Notes: generated by a model not told the origin, from the letters alone. Shown: positions 1 to 23,222, numbered from the stretch's first letter. The stretch: DNA of 64,000 nucleotides from the human T2T-CHM13v2.0 reference genome, Homo sapiens (GCF_009914755.1 NC_060925.1), one strand, 5' to 3'. Numbers and translations: made by a program.

Positions 1-2354
1 TGTGTTTGTCAGGTTTGTCAAAGATCAGATGGTTGTAGACATGTGGTGTTATTGCTGAGGCCTCTGTTCTGTTCCATTGGTCTTCATGTCTGTTTTGGTA
101 CCAGTATCATGCTGTTTTGGTTATTGTAGCCTTGTAGTATAGTTTGAAGTCAGATAGCATCATGCCTCCAGCTTTGTTCTTTTTGCTTAGGATTGTCTTG
201 GATATATGGGCTCCTTTTTGGTTCCATATGAAATTTAAAGTAGTTTTTTCTAATTCTGTGAAGGAAGTCAATGGTAGCTTGATGGGAATAGCATTGAATC
301 TATACATTACTTGGGGCTGTATGGCCATTTTCACAATATTGATTCTTCCTATCCATGAGCATGGAATGTTTTCTATTTGTTTGTGCCCTCTCTTATTTCC
401 TTGAGCAGTCCTTTGTAGTTCTCCTTGAAAAAATCCTCAGGTCCCTTGTAAGTTGTGTTCCTAGGTATTTTATTCTCTTTGTAGCGATTGTGAATGGGAG
501 TTCACTCATGATTTGAGTCTCTGTTTGTCTATTGTTGGTGTATAGGAATGACTGGGCTTTTGCACATTGATTTTGTATCCTGAGACTTTGCTGAAGTTGC
601 TTATCAGCTTAAGGAGATTTTGGTCTGAGATGATGGGGTTTTCTAATTATACAATTATGTCATCTGCAAACAGAGATAATTTGACTTCCTCTCTTCCTGT
701 TTGAATGCCATTTATTTCTTTCTCTTGCCTGATTGCCCTGGCCAGAACTTCCAATACTATGCTGAATAGGAGTGGTGAGAGGGGGCATCCTTGTCCTGTG
801 TTGGTTTTTTAAAAGGAATACTTCCAGCTTTTGCCCATTCAGTATGATATTGGCTATGGGTTTGTCATAAGTAGCTCATCATTTTGAGATATGTTCCATC
901 AATATCTAGTTTATTGAGTGTTTTTAGCATGAAGAGGTGTTTAATTTTATTGAAGGCCTTTTCTGCATCTAGTGAGATAATTATGTGGTTTTTGTCTTTG
1001 GTTCTGTTTATGTGATGGATTATGTTTATTGATTTGCATATGTTGAACCAGTCTTGCATGCCAGGGATGAAGCTGACTTGATCATGGTGGATAAGCTTTT
1101 CGATGTGCTGCTGGATTCGGTTTGCCAGTATTTTATTGAGGATTTTCACATCGATGTTCATCAGGGATATTAGTCTGAACTTTTCTTTTTTTGTTGTGTC
1201 TCTGCCAGGTTTTGGTATCAGGATGATGCTGGCCTCATAAAATGAGTTAGGGAGGAGTCCCTCTTTTTGTACTGTTTGGAATAGTTTCAGAAGGAATGGT
1301 ACCAGCTGTTCTTTGTATCTCTGTTAGAATTTGGCTGTGAATCTGTCTGGTCCTGGGCTTTTTTTTTTTTTGGTTGGTAGGCTATTAATTACTGCCTCAA
1401 TTTCAGAACTTTTTGTTGTTCTATTCAGGGATTTGACTTCTTCCTGGTTTAGTCTTCGGAGGGTGTATGTGTCCAGAATTTATCCTTTTCTTCTAGATTT
1501 TCTAGTTTATTTAAGTAGAGGTGTTTATAGTGTTCTCAGATGGTAGTTTGTATTTCTGTGGAATCAGTGGTAATATCTCCTTTATCATTTTTTATTGTAT
1601 CTGTTTGATTCTTCTCTCTTTCCTTCTTGATTAGTCTGGCTAGCAGTCTACTTTTTTCATCTTTTCAAAAAATCAGCTCCTGGATTCATTGATTTTTTGA
1701 AGGGTTTTTTTATGTCTCTATGTCCTTCAGGTCTACTCTGATCTTAGTTATTTCTTGTCTTCTGCTAGCTTTTGAATTTGTTTGCTCTTGCTTCTCTAGT
1801 TCTTTTAATTGTGATGTTACAGTGTTGATTTTAGATCTTTCCCCCTTTCTCCTGTGGGCATTTAGTGCTATAAATTTCCCTCTAAACACTGCTTTCAGCT
1901 GTGTCCCAGAGATTCTGGTACATTGAGTCTTTGTTTTCATTGGTTTCAATGAACTTATTTATTTCTGCCTTAATTTCATTATTTACCCAGTAGTCATTCA
2001 GGAGCAGATTGTTTAGTTTCCATGTAGTTGTGTGGTTTTGAGTGAATTTCTTAATCTTGAGTTCTAATTTGATTGCACTGTGGTCTGAGAGACTGTTTGT
2101 TATGATTTCTGTTCTTTTGCATTTGCTGAGGAGTGTTTTACTTCCAATTATATGGTCAATTTTAGAATAAGTGCTATGTGGTGCTGAGAAGAGTGTATAT
2201 TCTGTTGATTTGGGGTGGAGAGTTCTGTAGATGTCTATTAGGTCTGCCAGAGCTGAGTTCAAGTCCTGAATATCCTTGTTAATTTTCTGTCTCGTTGATC
2301 TGTCTAATATTGACAGTGGGGTGTTAAAGTCTCCCACTATTATTGTGTGGGAGT
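1..2354 (-). mobile_element. LINE-1 (L1PA-type) fragment covering ORF2 from the endonuclease end into RT; 5'-truncated at ~2354; continues off the window start
   Basis: Minus-strand ORFs give canonical L1 ORF2 peptides: [28 protein letters not shown] (1882-2364), [28 protein letters not shown] (865-1161), [11 protein letters not shown] (107-334). Split by frameshifts and stops. Confidence 0.95.
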
Positions 2355-4551
2355 GAGTTTTCACTCAATAGTATATCTAAGAAATTCAGCCTGAGAAAAA
2401 TAGATTTGCCTTACTCTTTTTAGCTGCTGAATAGTATTCTGTAGTTTGGCAATATTACACTTTTTAGCCATTCCCTACTGTTGGACACATTTGGTCTGTT
2501 TTTCAGTTTCTCAATGTGACAAACAAATTTGTAGTGAGCATTTCTGCACACATCTCCTTCTGCACATGTGATTCTCTGTGATAGATCCAAGAACTGTTAG
2601 CAGGGCACAACTTAAATGTTGATAAATACTAACAAAATGCTTGTTTCATTTCCTTTTATCATCAGATCTCAGTTGGGAGGGAAGTAGTCACATTGTAACA
2701 ACCAATCCCTAAAGCAAAAAGAAAACTGATGGGTTTGATAATTGTAGGATGGGAAGTAGTTGGTACGGTATATCTGTATTTTAAAAGGAAAGTTCCTTGA
2801 CTCAAACCATTAGTGGGTTTTTGCCTCAAATATCCTTGCCTCCATTTAACAAAGCAAAAGTTGTCAGAGTCAGCAAACTGGTTCCTAGTTATGCAGATTG
2901 CCAAAGCTTGTTTGGTTCCCTGACAAGAGCACCGCTGCTCCAACATGGCAGCTGGCTGTCTTGCAAATTGCTGTACAAGGTTAAATCAGATAAGGCAGTG
3001 CCTGGGGTTCAGTTTCAAAGCATTTCTAGTCATAGTAAAAACACTCAATGCTCTATCTCCATTACTATGAAATAATTCCCTGGCTGTCATCACTAAAGAA
3101 CCGAGGAGTTTTAATTTTATGTGGAAGAGATAAATTTTGGACTTGTTGCTGCTGCATTCCCAAGGCCCCTCCAGGAGGTAGAATGATGCAGAACACGTGA
3201 TCTGGAGCCAATCAGAGACCCAACATTTAACCTCCCAGCCCCTCAGTTTTCTTGCCTTGAAATGGGGATCATCATATCTAATGGGTTGTTCATGCTGACT
3301 TAATGAAAGTTGTGATTAGGTATATGCTGCTTGTTAGACTCAATTGTAGGGGGTAGGGAGTGCTGTTGACTGGACTCACAGCAAAGCCCTTGGTGGGGTT
3401 AAGAAGTTAGTCTTGTATGCAGGAATTCTCTATTCAAAGAGAATCTAGAATGACTTCCCTTGGGATTCTTCTGCCCCAAATTTTCAAATACACTCTGCTA
3501 ATGAAGGAAAAGGAATAAATTTTGTTACTAGAGTAAACTTGGTTTAGGCACAAAGAGAAGAAAGAATTGACAATTTTTTTGACCTTTTCTATGTGACAAA
3601 CATTTTACCGGGTGCTTTTAGGTGACATCTCATTGAATCCTCATCATGTTATGAAGCATATAATATGTCTTCCTAATTCATAGGTCAGGAAACCAAGGTT
3701 GACATGGCCAGGAAACTTGTTCAAAGTTTCTTGGTAAGTGGTAGAACTGGAATTGGAAGCCAAGTTGGTCTGAGTTCCAAATCCACCACCCTACAACCAT
3801 TTGGTTCCCATTGCAATAACCTGAAACTGATTTGCCATCTTTAAGAAGTGTTTCTAGGTCATAGTGGATGAGGAGTGAAGAAGTCAATTCATTATTCACT
3901 CCTTGAGTCCCACTTTAGACTTTGCATTTCCGGTAAGCCTTCCTACTCCAGTCAGGTTTATAGTCTTCTCCTTCTGGCTTGCATAGCATACTGTAGTTCC
4001 TTTATCATAGTTCTGAGCACATTGCATTGTGATTATACAGTGACTGAAAATGTGAATGGGATTGGATTAAAGTGTTCCATAATCCAATCCATATATTGGA
4101 TTAAAGTGGTGCCCAATTTCTAATGTTCACAGGTGCTTGGAAAAGCAAATGGCAATCATCTCTGGAGGAAGGAAACATTCTAGGCTTTACATGGTTTTTG
4201 CAAAGAATTTTTAAGATACCAGCTACGTGAGAAGAAAAGAGCTAGAAGTAAGAACCCACAGAAACAAGAGTAAAAATAAGAAAAGAAAAGAAAAATCCAA
4301 ATTCTGTAAAAGAGGTCTGCTTACTATGCTGAAGGAGATAAAAATCTAAATTTGAAATTTGAGGAAGTTGAAACTGGTAATTTAAAAGTTCAGAAGGCAA
4401 AACGAAATTTAAAAAATTAAAATGGAAAAAATAACATAGCATTAATACACACACACACACACACAAACACACACACGTATATATAGGAAACAAATAGAAA
4501 TTCCAGAACTGAAGAATACAGTAAACAAAATAAAAATTCAACAGATAGACT

Positions 4552-5000
4552 TGTCAAAAGAAAAACTTCAGCCAAGTTAAACTTAAAGGAGTTTAATTGA
4601 GCAGTGAATGATTCACAAATTGGGCAGCCCTCATAATCATAGCAGATTCAGAGAGACTTCAGAGGTGCCTTGTGGTGAGAACAAATTTATAGACAAAAAA
4701 CAAAAAACAAAAAACGGGGGGGATGTTTCATACAGAAATTGGAGGTGAGGTACAGAAACAGCTGGATTGGTTACAGGTTGGCTTTTGCCTTATTTGAACA
4801 CAGTTTGACACTCAGCAGCCTGTGGATGGCTGAAATATGGCTTCTGGGAATGGCCAAGACCCAGCTGTTGTTACAGGTGCATACTCCTACGTTAGGTTTT
4901 CAGTCTTGTCTGCCTATTAAGCTAGGTTATGATTTGTCCACAAGGACTCAAATAGAGAAGTACAGAGTCCTCCTCAGGCCATATTTAGTTCGCTTTAACA
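4552..5000 (-). mobile_element. Solo ERV1-class LTR (MER101/MER57-like; subfamily uncertain)
   Basis: 449-bp element with TG...CA termini (tgtcaaaag...ctttaaca) and a near-perfect 4-bp target duplication gact/ggct. It interrupts the L1. Confidence 0.75.
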
Positions 5001-6850
5001 GGCTTGATTTCACCTTAGACACACCTGAAGAAAAGTTATGTAAACTGGAATCTAGGTCGGAAGAAACTATAAGAAATCAAGCATGAAGAGACAAAAGGAT
5101 AGAAAATACAGAAGAGGGGACCAGAAGCATTGAGGATTCAGTGATAAGAAAGAACAAATATGTAATTGTTGTCCTAAAAGGAGAGTGGAAAGAAAGGAGG
5201 CAGCAGCCATATTTGAACAGATAATAGCTGAGAATTTCCTAAAATGATTGAAAGACATTTACCCATAAATCCAAGAAGCATATTGCAAGCAGTGTAAAGC
5301 AATCCACTCCTACCTAGATATATCAGAATAATGCTGCAGGAAACCAAAGATAAAGACAAAATCTTAAAAACAAAACAAAACAAAATAATCGCCCAGATAC
5401 CTTAAAAGAATTAATAAACTGACACTTGTTTTCTCAGAAGCAACAATGACAGTCAGGAAACAGTGGAAAAATTTATTCCACGTGTGAAGAAAAGTAACTG
5501 CCAAACTTGAATTCTACCATCACCGAAAATATCCTTCAGAATCAAAGTGAAATAAAGATGTTTTCAGATAAATAGAAACTGAGGAAGTTTGCCACTAGCA
5601 GAACTCCTTTAAAGGAAATTCTAAAGGGTTCTTCAGGAAAAAGGGAAATGATCACAGATGGGAGGTCAGAGATGCAGAATGGAATAAAAAATAATGCAAA
5701 TGGCAAATATGTGGGCAAATCTAAGTAAATGCTAACTATAAAATGATAATAATAATAACTCATGTAATGTAAAATATGTAGGAGAGAGAATTAAAGTACA
5801 TAATAGCATATAGATCTGGAAGGGACCAAATAGAGTTAAATTGTTCTAAGGTCCTTGAGTTTTCTGGGAGGAGGGTAAAAGTATCAACCAAGATTAGACT
5901 TTGCTAAGTCATGAGTGCATGGTAATTTCTTTGGTAAACACTAAAGTAATAGAAAATAGTTTAGTCCACTATGGGAGGCAGAAAAATAATAGTTAAGGGA
6001 ATTTATATCCTTAAAACAACAATTAAGGGAATTTATAGTCTTAAAAGCATATAGAAGAAAGGAATAAAGGCTGAAAATTAATGAACTAAACATCCATCTC
6101 AAAAAACTAGAAAACTGATAGTAAAACAAATCCAAAGAAAATATAAGGAAGATAATGAAAAAAATAAAGTTTTTAAAAGTATTTTTATATTTACTTTTAT
6201 TTTTTAAATTATTTTTTATATCTTTAAAGGAAAATTTCTAAAATAAAACAATCACACAATAGAGATGATCAACCATGCCATGTTTTGGCTCTTGGAAAAG
6301 ACGGATAAAATTGGTAATATCTGGTGAGACCAATAAAGTAAAAGAGAAAAGCCATAAATAGTAAATATTAGGCATAAAGGGAACTTTAATACAGGCCCTA
6401 GAGATATAAAAAGATAATAAGAAGACATTATGAGAAACATATGTCAAAAATTTTGAAAATTTAGGTGCAACGTATAAATTCCTAGAAAAATACAACTTAC
6501 CAAAACTGGGAAAGGAAACAGAAAACCTACGTAATTTTGTACCTAATAAAGATAGTGAATCTAAAATAGAAAAGCCTTCCAACAAAAACAAGACCAAACA
6601 GAAACCTCTTGGCCCAGATGGCTTGATTTATGTAATATTCAAGGAAGAAGTAACACTCAGCCACACACACACACACAAAACCTGATTTAAAAATGAGCAA
6701 AGGCAAAGAACTAAAAATAGAATTACAGTTAGACCTAACAATCGCATTACTAAGTATTTACCCAAAGGAAAATAAACCCTTCTACCAAAAAGACACCTAT
6801 ACCTGTATGTGTATTGCGGCACTATTTACAACAGCAAAGACATGGAATCA

Positions 6851-7200
<350 letters not shown>

Positions 7201-7841
7201 TTGGTACATATACATTATGGAATACTACATAGCCAGAAAAAGGAATGAAATCATGTACAATGTGGCAACATAGATGCAGCTGGGGGCCATTATCCTAAGT
7301 GAATTAATGCAGAAACAGAAAACCAAAAACCACATGTTCTCACTCATAAGTGGGAGCTCAACACTGGGGACACATGGGCACAAACACGGGAACAGTGGAC
7401 ACCAGGGATTCCAAAAGTGGGGAGGGAGAAGGAGGGCAAGCGTTGAAAACTCCCTATTGGGTACTATGTTCACTACTTGGGTGGCAGGATCATTAGAAGC
7501 CCAAGCTCTAGGATCTTGCAATACATGCGTGTAAAAACCTGCACATTCACCCCTTGAACCTAAAATAAAAAATGAAGCAAAACAAAACAATGGGCAAAGG
7601 ACTTGAATAGACATTTCTCTAAAGTAGATCTATAAATGGCCAATGAGCACATGACAAGATGCTCAATACCATTAGTCATTAGGGGAAATTAAATTCACAA
7701 TGACATACCACTTCACACCCACGAGGCTGGTTATTGTTTAAAAACTGGAAAATAACAAGTGTTGGTGAGGAGGCAGAGAAATGGGAACCCTCGTGCTCTG
7801 CTGGTGGGAATGAGAAATGATGCAGATGCTGTGGAAAACAG

Positions 7842-7945
7842 ATGCTTTTGTGGTTCGTGAACCTGATGATTGGGTGTTCATGTACGTGTGTGAGATGTAC
7901 CACCCTCGAACCTTGTTATGACGTCAGCACATTACCCATCTGACC
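7842..7945 (+). pseudogene. U13 (SNORD13) snoRNA retropseudogene
   Basis: atgcttttgtggttcgtgaacctgatgattgggtgttca...attacccatctgacc follows the U13 sequence, with box C (tgatga) and box D (ctga). Followed by an A-tract and flanked by gaaaacag/gaaagcag target duplications inside an L1 3' region. Confidence 0.9.
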
Positions 7946-8645
7946 TGGAAAAAAAAAAGAGAGAAGAAAGCAGTTTTGTGGTGCCAATTTCATCCTAGGT
8001 ATAAACCCAAAGAACTGAAGGCAGGGATTCAAACAGCTACTTGTATACTAGTGTTCATACCAGGATTATATTTACAAAAGCCAGAAGGTGAAAACACATC
8101 AAATGTCCATCACCAGATGAATGGATAAACAATGTGTTAAATACATACAACGGAAATACCATTCAGCCTAAAGAGGAATGCAGTTCTGATACATGCTACA
8201 ACATAGATGAATCTTGACAACATTATCTCAATGCAAGAAAACTGACACAGGAGGACAAGTATTATATGATTCCACTTATATGAGATACCTAGACCAGGCA
8301 AATTCACAGAGACAAAGGAGAAGAGAGAATACCAGGGGTTTAGGAGAAGGGGAGAATGGGGAGTTACAGCTTAATTGGTACAGAGTTTCTGTTTGGGATG
8401 CTGAAAAAGTTCCGGAAGGTGTGGAGCAATGGAAACACCCGTACACTCATGGTGGGAATGTAAATTGATACTACTCTCTGGAAAATAATTGGCATTATCT
8501 AGTACAGCTGGAGACACATATGCACTCTCTGATGTAGCAATTCCACTCCTACGTATTTATTCTAGAGCAGTGGGTTTCAAAGTGAGACCCACAGATGCTT
8601 GGAGGTCCCAAGTCCCTTTCAAGGGGCCTGGAGGGTCAAAACAAT

Positions 8646-8957
8646 TTTCTTTTTTTTCTTTTACTTTTTTTTTTGAGATGGAGTCTCGCTCTTGTTGCCC
8701 AGGCTGGAGGCAATGGTGCGATCTCGGCTCACTGCAACCTCCACCTCCCGGGTTCAAGCAATTCTCTTTCCTCAGCCTCCCGAGTAGCTGGGATTACAGG
8801 TGCCCGCCACAATGCCTGGCTAATTTTTTTGTATTTTTAGTAGAGATGGGCTTTCACTATGTTGGCCAGGCTGGTCTTGAACTCCTGACCTCGTGATCCG
8901 CTCGCCTCGGCCTCCCAAAGTGTTGGGATTACAGGTGTGAGCCACCGTGCCCAGCCG
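8646..8957 (-). mobile_element. Alu (AluS-like)
   Basis: Reverse Alu consensus with poly-T; flanked by acaattttc repeats. Confidence 0.93.
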
Positions 8958-9006
8958 ACAATTTTCATAATAATACTAACTTGTTATTTGCCCTTTTCTA
9001 CAGTGC

Positions 9007-9303
9007 TTTTTTTTTTTTTTTTTTTGAGACAGAATTTCGCTCTTGTCACCCAGGCTGGAGTACAATGGCACGATCTTGGCTCACTGCAACCTTTACCTCC
9101 TGGTTCAAGTGATTCTCCTGCCTCAGCCTCCCAAGTAGCTGAGGAGGCGTGCACCACCACCCTCTGGCTAATTTTTGTATTATGAGTAGATACAGGGTTT
9201 CACCATGTTGGCCAGGCTGTTCTCGAACTCCTGACCTCAGGTGATCCACCTGCCTCGGCCTCCCAAAGTGCTGGAATTACAGGTGCGAGCCACTGCGCCT
9301 GGT
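9007..9303 (-). mobile_element. Alu (AluS-like)
   Basis: Reverse Alu consensus; flanking acagtgctt repeats. Confidence 0.93.
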
Positions 9304-9736
9304 CCACAGTGCTTACTTTGATGGTGCAAAAGCATTTGTGGGTAAAATTGCTGGCACCTGTGAACGAATCAAGGCCGTGCCATTAATTATATTAGTATCC
9401 TTTATTCTTCACTGCCACACACTCACAGTTTAAACAAAAAAATTAAGTTCACTTAAGAATGTCCTTTGATGAAGAAGTAACAGTTATTTGATCAAATCTT
9501 GACCCTGAGCAAATGCCTTTTTAGCACTCTGTGTGATGAAATGGGAAAGAGATACAAATAAGGCACTGACGTTGCACATCCAAGGGTGAGGGCTGTCTTG
9601 AGAAAGAGCATTTGTGTGGATTATTGAGTTGTGACCTGAATTAATTAGCCAGGCTTTTTTTTTTTTTAAATGAAACACCATTTTTACTTGACAGACCATG
9701 ATTATTCACAGACAAACCATGATTATTTAAATTTGA

Positions 9737-9866
9737 TTTTTTTTTTTTTTTTTTTTTTTGAGACGGAGTCTCACTCTGTTGCCTAGGCTGGAGCTGTGGT
9801 GCGATCTCGGCTCACAGCAAACTTCGCCTCCCAGGTTCGAGCAATTCTCCTGTCTCAGCCTCCCGA
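9737..9866 (-). mobile_element. Truncated Alu (right arm only)
   Basis: Poly-T followed by gagacggagtctcactctgttgcc...cagcctcccga, then an abrupt return to transposon sequence. Confidence 0.88.
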
Positions 9867-10082
9867 TGAAATGTTCTCTTGATGTTTCCTTGAAAATGAA
9901 TGAGGTAAGTCTGTCGCTTCAAGGAAAACAACTGAGATTAATTGTTGCCAATAACAAAATTTTGAGCTTTCAAACTAGAACTAGAATTTTGGAAAGCTTG
10001 CGTCCACCGCTGTGAGCTTAACAACTTCCTAATAGTTCAATGCTTTTCTGACCATATCAGTAATGATGTTAGCAAATGTGAT

Positions 10083-10375
10083 TCTTTCTTTTTTGAGACA
10101 GGGTCTCACTTTGTTGCCCAGGCTAGAGTGCAGTGGTGCAATCGCTGCTTACTGTAGCCTTGACCTCCTGGGCTCAGGCCATCCTCCTACCTCACTCTCC
10201 CAGTAGCTGGGACTACAACTGTGCATCACCACGCCTGGCTAATTTTTGTATTTGTTTGTAAAGATGGAGTTTTGTCATGTTGCCCAGGCTGATCTTGAAC
10301 TCCTGGGCTCAAGTGATCTGCTCACCTCAGCCTCCCAAAGTGCTGGTATTACAAGGTGTGAGCCACTGTAACCAG
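10083..10375 (-). mobile_element. Alu (AluJ-like)
   Basis: Reverse Alu with J-type features (gagacagggtctc, ctcctgggctcaag). Confidence 0.9.
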
Positions 10376-10592
10376 CAGCAAGTGTGCTTTTTAAAAATAT
10401 TGTATAGTTTGGAAGAGCTACACAGCTTAGTAAAGCAATATTTTCCAGATGACCACCAAAATCACCAATGGGCAAAAAATTTATTCAAATTTTTTGTTTT
10501 GGAAAATGGATTTAATCTTTATTAAAAAATTAATTATGTTAACATGAAATGAGTTTTTTTTTGTTATTTGGAAATTAATAAATATATTTTAA

Positions 10593-10910
<318 letters not shown>

Positions 10911-10953
10911 GACTGTTTTAATTTCTAATATGGTAAATATTGATGAATATAAC

Positions 10954-11148
10954 CAGTAACATGTTGACAAACTCATTTTCTGGGAAAAAAAACCCAACAG
11001 CCTAATATGTAGCCTTTGCCAATTCTGTGGTGTAAATATTCCCACTGCGACTGATGTCAAGCTACCAATGTGACTTCATAGAGCATGGGATTGGGAAGAG
11101 ATCGCAACTGGCTCTCATGAGCAGGTGCTACCTGGCTCCAGCACCACT
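10954..11148 (-). mobile_element. MER63-like hAT (Blackjack) element nested in the Charlie element
   Basis: Resembles the reverse of the MER63 end (gtaaatattcccac..agctaccaatgtgac..gggaagagat..ggctccagcaccact). Flanked by aatataac/aatataat. Confidence 0.6.
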
Positions 11149-11283
11149 AATATAATCCACATTTAAAAAGCCCTCTGAGTCCTCAATAATTTTTATGAGG
11201 TTAAGAGGTCCCAAGGCCAAAATGCTTAAGACCCACTGCCCTAGAGAAATGGCTATATTTGAGCACCAGGATATACGTATCAT

Positions 11284-12042
<759 letters not shown>

Positions 12043-12905
12043 TGTACAAAACAGTCATAGCAGCCATGTCTATGTGCAACATGGGTGAATCTTAAACACA
12101 TTAACAATATTGGGGAAAACAAGCCAGACTTGAGTAAATACATACGATAGGATTCCATTTATATGTAGTCCACAAACACGCAAAGCTAAACATTATTGTT
12201 TAGGAAAGATGTATGTTACATACATGTTTTTCCATTGTGTATGTGCTCAGTTCCACTCATAAGTATGTATAGCTTCCCCCCAAACCTGCTGAATATATAT
12301 AAACACAGGCCTTGTGAAGCATGAAACCCAACCTGTCCTTCCTCTCTTGGAAGAGAGAGTACCTCTGATCCATGCTGGAGACTGTCTCTCTGTGCAGTTT
12401 GCAAACTGCTATCGCCATTAAAGCTCTTCTTTTTACTATTTAGCCATGCTGGTGGTCTTTCCAATGACTGTCATGTATAAAACAGTCACAGCAACCATGG
12501 TTACATGCAAAATGCGTGAATCTTAAAAATATTAACCCCACTGGGGAAATCGGACTCATTGCATACTATAGGATTGAAACTATATGAAAGTCCCCAAACA
12601 GGCAAAACTGAACATTATTGTTTAAGAGCATACTTTGGCAGTAAGCATATAAAGAAAAGCAAGGAAGTGATTGCTATAGAAGTCAAGAGAGTGGTTTCCT
12701 TTAGGGGAGGAATGGGTTGTGAGTGGGAGGGGCATGTGGAGTACTTTGGGCGTGCTGGCGATATTTTATTTCTTGACCAGCTCAGTGTTTTTTGTGGGGT
12801 TTTGCTATTCCATAATTCATTTATCTGTACATTTATTTTTAACGTACTTTTTGATATTTGTGTTTTATGCGACAATAAAAGGTTTTGAAAATTGAATTAT
12901 ACCGC

Positions 12906-13205
<300 letters not shown>

Positions 13206-13879
13206 TTATACCGAACGCATGCCTCCTCTGCATGTTAATTGGAAGGACACCTCCTCTTCCTAGCTCCAGCCCTGCCCCAACTGTGGTCTCTGCTAAATAA
13301 AGGTTTATTCTAACCTGCAGAACATCTTTCATGGTCATTTCCTGCCTCAGGCTTAGTTTCAAGATGGAACACATAGTTTCCTGGAGTTCCTCTATTTTTG
13401 TTTGAAGGCCATTGGAAACTTTCTCTGAATTGCCTAGCGAAATCCAGCCTCTTCACTTTTAGCAAGCAATACTATAGCACACAGAGTTTTGTTTAGTTAA
13501 CCACATGTTATAGGCATCTTTTAAAGTCAGCCTTTAAAACTCTTGCAGAGGATTTCATCATCTGGATGTATTACAGTTTATTGAACAAGCCCTCTGCTGA
13601 TGGATATCTTGGTGCTTTTTGACTTTTTTTTTTTCCTAATGAATGAGCAAGACAAAGGCCCTTATCTCATTGGACTGAGCTCTGTGGGGATGGTGCCCAG
13701 GTCTAATTGCTAATGCATTGCAGCTGTAGCTAAGCACCTGGCATAGAATGGGAAATGATTGTGGAATGAATGAATGAAGACTGAGCAAATGAAGCATATT
13801 ATACCAGTGTGAGCACAAAGACAGAATTCTTTGTGCAAGCCCCTACAAAGTAGCAGATAGGAAATGAATGGAGCCCACT

Positions 13880-14075
13880 GGTTTAGGTCTGAACCAGCGT
13901 GGATTTAAATCCCATCACAACTGCATGATGTTAGGCAGCTACTTAATCTCTTTGCTTCAGTGTCCTCATCTGTAAAATGGGTATAATAATGGCATCTGCG
14001 TCAGAGGGCTGCTGTGAGGATTAAACAGGTGAATAAATGTGCATAAATGTCTTTGCTTGGAGCAAGCACATCAAC
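13880..14075 (+). mobile_element. MIR
   Basis: MIR core cttcagtgtcctcatctgtaaaatgggtataataat...gtgaggattaaa. Confidence 0.8.
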
Positions 14076-14283
14076 ATTCATTAAATAGTAGCAGACTTTA
14101 ACTCACCCCAAATGTGAAAGTGTAGCAAGGATGATACTAGTATTGTGGTGAGAACACAGAAACCAGGTTCTTCTGGCGACTGCTTTTGTGGTGTGGTGGT
14201 TGGTTTGATTTGTTTCTGTGAGGTCAATTTTGCTTCTGCAGAATCAGCTGTTCTCTTACAGAGAGTATTTATACTCAGAGTCT

Positions 14284-14305
14284 GTCACCATGGAGACAGT
14301 CAACA
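14284..14305. promoter_or_regulatory. RFX X-box (GTCACCATGGAGAC) with an adjacent forkhead motif (GTCAACA) upstream of CFAP107
   Basis: 14-bp near-palindrome matching GTNNCC-AT-GGNRAC at 14284-14297. RYMAAYA at 14299-14305. About 230 bp 5' of the ATG of a motile-cilia gene. Confidence 0.7.
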
Positions 14306-14528
14306 GTAGAGAATCCAAGATAGATCAACTCTCCCTAAAGGCTGACAGTGAACTCTTGGGGCCGTTTTATTCTCTGAGGTTAGCAAGGAGTCATCTACTA
14401 GCCATTCAGGAGGCCAGCTGGGAAGACAAAATAGGCACCCCAAACTCAGCAACTTCATAACACCTTCCTCTCCCCGCCTGAAGCCTTAAACTGCATCAAG
14501 TCAAAGAAACCTGGGGCAAATCCTTAAC

Positions 14529-14639
14529 ATGTTTTTGACTGCAGTAAATCCACAGCCACTCTCTACTCCGAGCTGGCAGATTGAGACCAAGTATTCAACG
14601 AAAGTGCTCACTGGAAATTGGATGGAAGAGAGGAGAAAG
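14529..14639 (+). CDS. CFAP107: CFAP107 (C1orf158) coding exon 1
   Basis: ATG at 14529; MFLTAVNPQPLSTPSWQIETKYSTKVLTGNWMEERRK; donor AAG|gtaagg. The GNWxEE motif is typical of ciliary microtubule inner proteins. The four exons total 585 nt = 194 aa plus stop. Confidence 0.95.
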
Positions 14640-14973
14640 GTAAGGAAACGAGAGAGGTTGGAGAGAGGGCTCAGAGGGACTGATGGGGAGAGGCAGGAGT
14701 GAAGTTCATCACTATTTTCAAATGGAGGGCAGCAGATGATTGCATCTTAAAAATGTGGCATTGGGGTCTCTGTGCTCTACAAAGGATAGTTACATTCAAG
14801 CAATCATCAATATTCACGCATTTTGCATGGTTTCTATGACTGTTTCATACATGATGGTTATCGAAAAGACCACTGACACTCTCTTACAGATATAACAGGG
14901 GCATTGAAAATACTGTAACAGGGTGTCAATATAGTCGTGCCTCTCAGCACTCTTCTCAGTGAAGTGTTTCTAG

Positions 14974-15467
<494 letters not shown>

Positions 15468-15959
15468 CAATTTTTGCTTTCAAACAGAACAATTTGGCTC
15501 TTGGTTTTCCACTGTGTTTTAAAGGTCTTTGGAAAATACTTTGCCTGAGTTGGCAAAGTTTCAAGTTGGCATACTTGAAATTGAATATCTTCATTTGTGT
15601 TTGGCAAGACTGAGCCACTTAAAGCTTTTCAGAGACATCTAGACTTCCCCATGTCTTCTTGGGAAGTGGGCAAGGAAAAGAAGGTGAAATAGAATACTCA
15701 GCTTTGGTATGGGGAAAAGAAGGGAAGGTTAAAGGCTGTTTTCCTGGAGAACATTAGTAATCACCACCTCTCTGGCCAGATACAACCTTCAGTCATCATC
15801 AGCTACAAATGTACTTGGCCTTGTTTGGTGAGCAGGTGTGTGCAAGAGAAGTTCCAAAAGCAAGAAGGACTGGTTGAAAATACCTTCAGGTGCCCATGGG
15901 TGATGCAGTACTCAGGGATATTATGGGATGGTCTCACACCTAGAGAAGATTGCATAAAA

Positions 15960-23135
<7,176 letters not shown>

Positions 23136-23222
23136 TTAAGAAAACTAATTAGAGAACAAAATGTAATTTGAAAGGTGAGAGAGTTGGAAAGAATGAGGAA
23201 CAAAGAAGAGAAAGAAAGGGAG

